A stretch of DNA of 64,000 nt from Eledone cirrhosa (Eukaryota), in assembly GCA_964016885.1 (NCBI GenBank), contig OZ024740.1, forward strand, positions 190,526,001 to 190,590,000, written 5' to 3'. A program made the translations under genes and the position numbers. The notes below the pieces were generated by a model. It made no database searches and was not told the DNA's origin. It was given only the letters and a program-made list of their open reading frames with translations. The first letter of the stretch is position 1. Every line of letters starts with the position of its first letter. Positions 55,161-64,000 of the stretch are shown in pieces.

Positions 55161-56792
55161 TTATTTCGGAGAGGCTTGGATCTCGCCATACGAGCCATAT
55201 TCCTAGACCCAGAAGGCAAGTCGGTGGCGCAGGACGTGACCGGCAGCGAAGGCAATGCTTTCAGGCTAGTACGCCCCAACAAGGGCAGGACCGCCAGATT
55301 TCTTCAGATGTCCAGATACCTTTCTTGGAACGTCCCGCTATTTAGTGTTAGTGAGTGACTGGAACGGTATAATGGATGCACGCTGGGATTGTGTGGGGCT
55401 AGTAGATAGAGTAGGAGGGTTCAAGAGCCACACGAACCTGCTCAGACGTTTTGAATTGACTGGATCACCCGAATGTGCCAATGTGGGCATGGACAAACCG
55501 CATCGGGTCATCCAGATCGTATCTCGATAGGGTATTCTGCAGAGAACTAGATAAGGCTAGTATGAGTTGTCCACAATTTAAAATAGTTGACTACACAGAC
55601 CCCAAATTTGTGATCTGTGAGATCGACATAGACAGACTTCATAGACAAGGGCCCGGTTACTGGAAGCTAAACGCATCTTTCACGGCGCGCAAAGCCTACA
55701 GAGACCGGATTAGCGTATTACTTAACCGGGCGTTGACGAGAGCGGTCGTCCATAACAGGTGGTGGTTCGCCCTGAAAAGGACAATTAAAGTAGAGTCGAT
55801 TAGGTTTAGCAAAGGAATAGTGATAGAGGGAATTAGAGTAGAGGCAGAGCTAGTCAGAAAGCTAGAAGAGGCGTTTAGGGTAGGCATCGCAACCGACGTG
55901 CTTGCGGCGAGATTGGCACTCGACCAATTCTTCAACGCAAAACACGAAGGCTGGGTTGTCAGAGCTAGACGCGTGCCAATGGGCCCGGATAGCCGAGGCG
56001 CAACGTGGCAACAAAGCCACAATTCGGTCTTTGTCTGACCAAAACGGGTGCGTGTTGCTCGAACCCGAGCAGATGTTTGAAGCTTTTCAGCAGCAATTTG
56101 CTGAACTGTTCGGGAATAGCGGCGGCCCAGATCGGGGCATGGACTTCAGTGCATACCTCGACGGACAGCCTCTGCTCTCGAGAACCGCAGCACAGTGTTG
56201 CGAAAAGCCAATAACAGCCGGTGAAATACGGGAAGCGATGGCTGACTGCACGGAGGTTTGGATGATCTGCGATACGAGATTTCTGCATTTATGCCAGACT
56301 TGTTCAGTGACCTCTTGGCAGACGTCTACTGCAACTGGCAGCAGAACGGGAGCATTCCCAGTTTTGTGAGACGGGGAGTGGTGGCGCTGCTGAGAAAAGA
56401 CCCGTACAAGGGGGATATTATCGATACTTTCTGCCCCATAACCCTGCTAAACGCAAAGTTCAAGATTGTGGCCAATGTGTTAGCAACGAGGTTGGCCCTT
56501 GTCATTGAGGATCTGGTGGGAGAGGCGCAGACATGCGCCATTCCGGACAGATCCATACACGACAACCTCCACCTCATGCGATACATCATAGAGAGTGTGG
56601 TTAAGGAACCTGGCACGGGTCAACTTGGATCAATCAAAAGCATTCGGTAGGGTCGACCATTGGTACTTGGCGGCAGTCCTCGGGGCAGCCGGTTTCGGGC
56701 CCGTTTTCAGGCGTTGGATCGGTGCGATGTACATCGACATCTGCTCAATTGTGAGGGTGAACGGTCACCTGTCGCAGCCCTTCAGCATCACC
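55161..56792 (+). mobile_element. Tx1-clade LINE ORF2 internal fragment (APE to RT)
   Basis: SYLDRVF, GPGYWKLN, PITLLN, IHDNLHLMRY, LDQSKAF; closest to copy 2. Confidence 0.9.
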
Positions 56793-57078
56793 ATGGTAGA
56801 GGTAATTAAATATATACACATTTATTCTAGTTTATCTTACACCTAATTCTGTTTAGCTGACTGTATATCTGGTCGATTTATACATGCTGTCGAAATGTTC
56901 GATAAATACTCCGTTGTAACCGCCGCGAAGGGGGTGCTTTCGGTTATTTGTCGGAGATTTCTTCATAGGAGCCTTTATTTTTATAGCTTGGTCTAATTGA
57001 TTTTTTATATGGTTAATTATGCTAATTGGGAGAGGAAACGGTATATATTTTGCCTAGTGATTCTATAGACATGTTTTA

Positions 57079-57119
<41 letters not shown>

Positions 57120-57309
57120 TTCGTTGGTTCAGCACCGGATAGAATCGGTCATTCCGTATGGTCAATCTGGATGCAATATTATGGAAAGTACTCAATGTAA
57201 TGCAGGTCATCCGTCTTCATTTGTGTAGTTGGTGGTGGGAATACGGAGTTAATTATTATGAATAAAATAACAGGAGGCTGGACTGGTGTAAATCCTTGAA
57301 AAGTTTATT

Positions 57310-57367
57310 ATACTCTGATCATTTCCATGACCGTGTTCCGTATGAATCCGGTGATATCATCAGGTAT
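57310..57367 (-). ncRNA. Hammerhead motif, family H3 copy 1 (U16.1 mutated)
   Basis: atac-CTGATGA-tatcaccg..cggtcatg-GAAA-tgatca-gA-gtat. Confidence 0.7.
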
Positions 57368-57563
57368 TCGAAATATAACAAAGGAATATATAAAAATACA
57401 TGGGTCCGAAAATCAGAGGCAGAGAGGACGACTGACCAACAAGCCTTTTTTACCTCGGTCAGTGGCCCTCAAATGATGGCTATTCGGTCTACTAATGACC
57501 ATCTGGTGAATGGGCGAAGGCTTATAATGTACTACCACCTCCCCGTCAAATAATAAAAAAAGA

Positions 57564-57612
<49 letters not shown>

Positions 57613-59489
57613 AGAAAAGTCAGCGTAAGGTCACACTACAATCAGGCCAGAAAACGCCGCTAAAAATGTTATTCGAAAGAACCTATATTTTAACAAAGGC
57701 ACATATAATTGGTGTCTGTATGGTCAAATGTTTGAACAGAAAATTGGAAAGCTAACTTATGTTAAGAGTTAAAGGATGAAATTAAATTAAAAGTTTTTAA
57801 AAAATTAAGCGTTAAAAGAATTTTTTTAAATAATTAGAATATTAATAGACAATTAAAGGTTTGTGTTGCGGGATTTATTTTATGAAACTACTGAGTCATA
57901 TATAAAAACGTTTAAGTGTATTATTGGGAATCCCTATAAGTTATCAAGGTGGGATATAGAGGAAAAATTAAAGCCTTCGATTGTAAATCCCAGCCAGCAC
58001 CACCTAACCACGTGTCAGCCAATGTCGAATGGTATCGTCTAGCAAAAGAAATGAAAATTATTTTTTGCGAGTACGCTAGGAACGTGACTGCCATAGGCTC
58101 CGGGTGTGTTAGCGGGAAGTCTACCATCTTCGACAGGTCATCGTCTATACCAAGCAAATACTTTTAATTCAGACATGAAAGGGTTTATTAACGTGTCAGT
58201 AGAGGGAGGCATGATACAGCTAACAGTTATGCCTAAGCCCATGGCTTATAGGTATAAGTATAATATGGTGGTCAAAACAGGTGGCGCGGCCGGCCCGGGG
58301 CAAATCAAAGCGTTCCGAGTAATTTCATTTACCGACAGAGGGGACATTTATTTCCAGGATTACACCAGTGCAGCCTCCTGATATGTTATTCATAATAATT
58401 AACTCCGTATTCGCACCACCAACTACACAAACGAAGACGTGTGAAGTGCACTACGTTGAGTATTTTCCATAATATTGAATCAAGATTGACCATACGGAAT
58501 GACCAATTCTATCCTGTGGTGAACCAATAAACCTAAATAAATAATGCTTCGATAATGTTGAGCACTTTCATATGTAATATTGAACAGCGGCACTGACTTC
58601 AGTGTACAGCTATTGTCAGCATCGGATTAACTGTTCTATACCATTCGGATTGTGGCTGTTCTTTGCTTTGTCTACCGCCCACCCAATCCAATGCTGCGTC
58701 CTTGTCGGGAATATTCGGATTCCGACAAGATTCTACGTATTATACTTAAACATGTATTGTATTGACTGAACTCTCTACTCTATACTTCAGGACTTTTTCT
58801 GATTCATACTGAGTTCTGGGACACGAACTTACACTAGGTACCACCTGATACCTTTCCATCTCTTCCATGCTCTATATCTATATGTATAACCTTGTATTAT
58901 CTTACTGCAACTTGATCTATTTTGTATTTCCCCTTTGCTTTGATTCCTCCGATATGTTCTTATATACTTCTTCTATCTCACTACATCACTACGCTAGCTA
59001 TGACGGCGTTTTATTTATTTATGTATTTTACTTTTTACTTTATTAATGTATCTTTGTATCCTGCTTTTATTTATTTGTGATTTTCTGCTTATTATTCCTT
59101 ACTCAGGTCTTTATGCACCTTTCATAGTTCCCTACCCACCAAAGAACCACACTACTACGTTCCAATTTTCTGTTCACACATTAGACCATACATACACCCA
59201 TTATATGTGCCTTTGTTAAAATATAGGTTCTTTGGAATAACATTTTGCCTGACTGTAGTGTGACCCTTACGCTGACTTTTCTTCTTTCTTTCTTCTCTTT
59301 TTTATTCTTAGACGGAGAGGTGGTAGTACACTCTAAGCCTTCGCCCCTTCACCAGGTAGTCATTAGTAGACCGAATAGACATCACTTGAGGGCGATTGAC
59401 CGAGGTGAAAACATCTAGTTGGTCAGTCGTCCTCTCTGTCTCTGATTTTCGGACCCATGATTTTTATATATTCCTTTGTTATATTTCGA

Positions 59490-59547
59490 ATACCTAATGA
59501 TATCACCGGATTCATACGGAACATGGTCATTGAAATGATCGTAGTAT
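59490..59547 (+). ncRNA. Hammerhead motif, family H3 copy 2 (core CTaATGA)
   Basis: atac-CTAATGA-tatcaccg..tggtcatt-GAAA-tgatcg-TA-gtat. Confidence 0.7.
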
Positions 59548-60440
59548 AATAGACTGTTCAATGATTTAATTTACACCAGTCCAGACTCCTCTTATGTTAT
59601 TCATTATATATATATATATATATAAGAGAGTATAGGAGTTTGCTCGAAGTAATGTGGAATGATGATTGTGGAATAATAAAAAACGCGTTGTCGTTTTGTA
59701 AGCCTCAACAATGCAGATGGGTAAATCTCTGGGTAACAGAATCCGGTGGTGAAGAGAAAGATGTAAGGAGGAAATGTAAGATGAGACGTATAGTGTGTTG
59801 AAGAACGTAGGAAAGAGCGTAAAAATAATAACACGAGATAGTGGTACCTTGGAAGAGATTTAATTGTCCCTATATTTCAGATTTCGCATCCATCGACTGG
59901 GGTCTTTCCGGTACGAGGTCTCTGTTGTCCGCCGCGTGTATACAACTGAGATATTATGTAGAGCGTCGCGCACGCTCACGCGGATCAGCTGTGGTCAAGC
60001 AAGGTCGAGGCAGTTCCTCTTTACTACGAGAGTGGGATGGTGCTGTCAATCCATTATACTACCTATATTCAGTCTTTAATACTAGTAGTTTTGGTAGTCT
60101 GCCTGGTGTCGTTTGTTGGTTGGTGGATGATGGGCACGCTATACACACAATAACAATCGTTCGAATGCCACTGTGTGTGTGTTGTTGTTTCGTTTGTTTA
60201 CACCAGCCATCTCGCCTCGCTTCTCTCGGATCTGTTATTTATTTGTGGTCCTAGGCGTTTGATCCAAAGTGCTTCCTTGATTCTTAAAGTGCGGACGTTG
60301 CGTTCTGGCGTTAGCACTGTGACAATGGGCTTTCCTTCTTTGTTTTCGATATGTATCGTATAGTAAAATGTAGGTGGAAATATCCAAGGATAAGAGCACT
60401 CAGTCCATAGGACGAGGTTATTATGAAAAAGTATATCAAG

Positions 60441-60591
60441 GACATAAAAAAGGTACTCAAGTTAGGTCGGGTTTTGTCCCTAACCTATTCAGTCTGTCAT
60501 GAGTAAAATAAGAAAAAAATAAATTTTTATTATGACAAGCTGAATGGGTTGGGGTCCAGAACCTAACGAAATTTGAGTACCTGTTCATGTC
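60441..60591. repeat. Old imperfect inverted repeat, ~68-bp arms, next to (TA)n
   Basis: gacat..aggtactcaa..attcag..tgtcat pairs with atgaca..ctgaat..ttgagtacct..atgtc. Confidence 0.7.
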
Positions 60592-60613
60592 ACTTCTGTA
60601 ATTATATATATAT

Positions 60614-60650
<37 letters not shown>

Positions 60651-60726
60651 AGTATTGAAGTTTCCGTTGAAAATTGAAGAAGTCGTAGGAGTGAAGAGTG
60701 CTCTATGTAAGTACCAGAGCTAAATG

Positions 60727-60928
60727 TAATGTATAATAAACAATACAATATAATTACCTCATTACCAGAGGTTTTCCGAATAAGACGAATACGAAACACG
60801 TCCTCATTCGTTCATCGGACAAGGAAATTGCATTGTCCGATGAACGAATGAGGACGTTTTTCGTATTCGTCTTATTCGGGAAAAGTCTGGTAATGAGGTA
60901 ATTATATTGTATTGTTTATTATACATTA
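60727..60928. repeat. Palindrome, ~96-bp arms, 10-nt spacer
   Basis: 60727-60822 pairs with 60833-60928 with a few mismatches; followed by (TA)n. Confidence 0.93.
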
Positions 60929-60931
60929 TAT

Positions 60932-61000
<69 letters not shown>

Positions 61001-61292
61001 TTCACCTTAAACTACAGAAAGATGGTCACGTGGAACATTCATCTTCTCAACAGAGCACTACATAGTTTCGGCTGCTCTAAATTCTGTTCTCGTCCATCCA
61101 GGACAACATGTTATGAGGAAAGAGACCTATTCAGCAGGAACATACAACTTATACTGGACAAGACAATACTGGTTTAGATCGGCTCTCTTCGAACCGTTGG
61201 ACAAGGAAAGAATAGTATAGGACCATATAGCTATACGCCATTGGGACATTGGATGACTGAAATACCTGAAAAATGCAATACAAAAATGACAT

Positions 61293-61367
<75 letters not shown>

Positions 61368-61389
61368 CTCTCTCTCTCTCTCTGTATAT

Positions 61390-61435
<46 letters not shown>

Positions 61436-62556
61436 AGAAAGTGTGATACATGTGTACCAGTGTGGAGAAGCCTTTTAAAATTCGCAGGTTATAGATTAAG
61501 TAAATAATGTACCGAATGTCTTGCGTGCAAATTGAATAAGCAATCCAGACTTGCGTGTGTTTTTATCGTATTTATCAACTAGAATGAGAGCGAAACAGTG
61601 TGTCACGTCAGTTCATTTGATGTTCTTTTCAATTCATTTGATAGCTACCACCATGAATTCCATTGAACTAATTTCTATTGAACTGAATTACTGTGATATG
61701 TTCTGTATGATGTGCATATTTGTACGTCTACTGTTTTCCTCTATTTGTCTTTCAATCGCTACTTTGGCACATATGAAGGCGCGTCTTTATTTCAACTCTA
61801 TGCTTGTGCCTTTCATTAACTGCTCTGTATATTCAGAACGTTTCCTAGTCTATCACAATACGTACGGTAAATGTCTTCTATTTTAAAACCAAATTCTTTT
61901 ATTCTAAGCACTCTATTTTGCGAAAAATATCATATGATTATAATCTTGTACTTTGCTTTTTGATTTATAGATTCAGTATGATATATTTATATATGTATAT
62001 ATATATTAAAATAGACACCAAATATATGCTGTTGGTTTGACGTGACATGTCTGTAGTTGAATAACATATGGCGTCATTTCGAATTATTTAAAACATCTAA
62101 CCAATTTCTCTGGTTGATGGCTTTCGAATGCTTTGGAAAAATGATAACGATGTTTTGTTATTAAATATCTAGTTTTGAAATGTCATAGGAAGGGGATGAA
62201 ACGATCGCAAATCAGCATTTAATATATGAATGTATTTGGTGTATATTTGTTTCTAGTTTAATTATTGTTTTAGCACAATAAGATTTTGTATATATGCCTT
62301 TTTTGAAAATTCATTCAAAGAGATTTGTTACATAACCATTTTTCATTGCTTATTATAATGAATTACTTTATTTTTAGCTGTGTTTTACTCCCCCACCTAT
62401 CTTTATATTGTTTTATATTGTTTTTGTAAAAAAACGATATCTATTATATATAAGGAGGCCGACCGGGCTGGAAGCTGCTAAATATGTGGCCGCCTTCCTG
62501 TCACTGCTTTTCAGCCCCATGGACTTTATCTATTATTATCCTTGGTTAAATTTCGA

Positions 62557-62614
62557 ATACCTGGTGATGTCACCGGATTCATACTGAACCCGGTCACTGA
62601 AATGATCATAGTAT
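62557..62614 (+). ncRNA. Hammerhead motif, family H3 copy 3 (core CTGgTGA), in fragment 62548-62664
   Basis: atac-CTGGTGA-tgtcaccgg..ccggtcact-GAAA-tgatca-TA-gtat, with (TA)n about 50 nt downstream. Confidence 0.7.
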
Positions 62615-62658
62615 AATAAACATTTTACCAAATTACACCAGTCCAGCCTCCTGTTATT

Positions 62659-62714
<56 letters not shown>

Positions 62715-63285
62715 GTTATACTTTGGGAGGGTCATGTTGCCAATTCAGAAACGAAATATATATAATTTATTTGACATTAATTATTTGACATTCAATATAT
62801 TTTGTTGCGTTTTAACCATAACAGTTTAGGGGTAATTACTTCGAGTTACCATTCCTAGGACGAATATCAACGAAGACCAGAAGTGTCATCATCCCCATGA
62901 AACACATCGATACCGCGCCGCCGCAAACCCGGTATTTCTTGGTCTCGGTGTTTTTTAAGAAAACTTGAAATACAATAATAATAATTATTATTATGCTGGA
63001 ATTGCTGGTGGTGAAATTGCCGTTATTTGGCTGTTGTATTTAGTGTACGCAGAGGGATTTTCTTCCATTTGTAAACATTTCCTTTTCTGAATATAACATT
63101 TATAATACAACATTAAATATTAGAGCTAAATGCCAGGGTATTATAGGATCTCGTTTCCTGAGAGTGGCTGATAACTTATGTCCCATTTGAAATAACTATT
63201 ATTATACCACAGTTGCTTAAATATATATATTTTTTAGTTTACGGGAGCGAATCCATAACAATATATCGAACACGTGCTTTCTTCT
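62715..63285 (-). mobile_element. 5'UTR/start fragment of a third R4/Dong-related element
   Basis: Reverse complement shares tcgctcccgtaa (12858, 29711), acagcca.ataacggcaatttcaccacc (13164, 25013) and agaaataccggg..tggtaac..attacccct (13839-13951). Confidence 0.7.
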
Positions 63286-63301
63286 TCTTCTTCTTCTTCT
63301 T

Positions 63302-63519
63302 GATTGGCAGTATCGGTAGAGGGTCTGATGCCATGCTTTGACGCTCGGAGTTACGGCCCTTGCTATTCTGGTCTCAAATCCCGCCGAGGTTAACTTTGCT
63401 TTTCATCCATACGGGAACGATACAATAAAGTACCAGTAATGCAGTGGGTCATTGCTGGCCTAGTGCCAAAAGTAGAAATAATAATAATAATAATTATTAT
63501 TATTATTATTATTATTATT
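63302..63519 (+). mobile_element. MetaSINE-like SINE with AAT/ATT tail
   Basis: Full-length homologue of 38613-38802. Confidence 0.82.
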
Positions 63520-64000
63520 GAATGCTATGGTTGACGGAGGATCTTCTCTGTAAGGTATTGTAAATTTTGAACGCTATAACAATTGTAAATTGTTTAAAAC
63601 TTTAACCAACTTGTAGACAAAAACACCCTCCTCCTCGTGAGAGGGGTCTTTCTGCCCGTTATTTGGCCCTTCGGGGTTAAATAACTGCTTATTGGGGTTT
63701 CGTGCCCAATATTTATTTTAAACAAAAAAAAACAACATGGCTACGAAAAAGAATGTTCATAGGTCACTCCCACTCATTCCGTCTTCTTCTTCCTCAATCG
63801 TCACTACAGCAGAGATAAGATTGTCTCTCTCCCTCCCTTCTCTTTCGCAAGCGACGACAGAAAAGAAAAGTCTCGTGCAAAGCGTGCAAGATTTCTCCAC
63901 GACGACGACGACACTGACGACGACAACGACGAAACAGGTGTGCGGGAAATACGAAAACCCATTTCATTCGTCTGACGTCAGGAATAATAGCAGTAGCAGC

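Larger units (their letters stand above)
57118..59606. mobile_element. Interleaved inverted copies of a hammerhead-bearing non-coding element (family H3)
   Basis: 57118-57300 is the inverse of 58350-58534, and 57258-57750 is the inverse of 59158-59606. (TA)n on both outer flanks. Confidence 0.8.

Noticed and set aside
61030-61140. Minus-strand ctgctga..gccGAAActatgtagtg hammerhead-like motif
   Set aside because: The core is mismatched, G sits at the cleavage position and there is no stem I.
63520-64000. Possible start of another element at the window end
   Set aside because: It is truncated and has no diagnostic motif; there is only a short resemblance (acgaatga..ttttcgtatt) to 60845-60868.

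Overview
Repeat-dense animal genomic DNA with no recognisable host protein-coding gene. The MetaSINE-like SINE, the LINE families and the AT/AAT microsatellites suggest a cephalopod (octopus-like) genome; this is inference. The window has two halves. (1) 1-34.5 kb is a chain of decayed non-LTR retrotransposons separated by (AAT)n tracts. Tx1-clade elements (CCHC ORF1, APE+RT ORF2) are all on the - strand. Two R4/Dong-clade families (RT+CCHC+restriction-like endonuclease) are all on the + strand. SINE fragments in the chain have a 3' tail resembling the Tx1 3' end. (2) 34.5-64 kb is (TA)n-rich. It holds a Penelope-like element with a ~495-bp inverted end, RTE and Tx1 fragments, a Helitron-like element, and at least six fold-back palindromes. 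It also holds about 8 clear and several degenerate type-I hammerhead ribozyme motifs from at least four unrelated non-coding families. One palindrome carries a hammerhead in each arm and another is a back-to-back pair of tRNA-like cloverleaves. The best candidate for an under-described system is this set of hammerhead-bearing fold-back elements next to (TA)n, probably moved by Penelope-like RT. All alignments and folds were read by eye, so boundaries are approximate.
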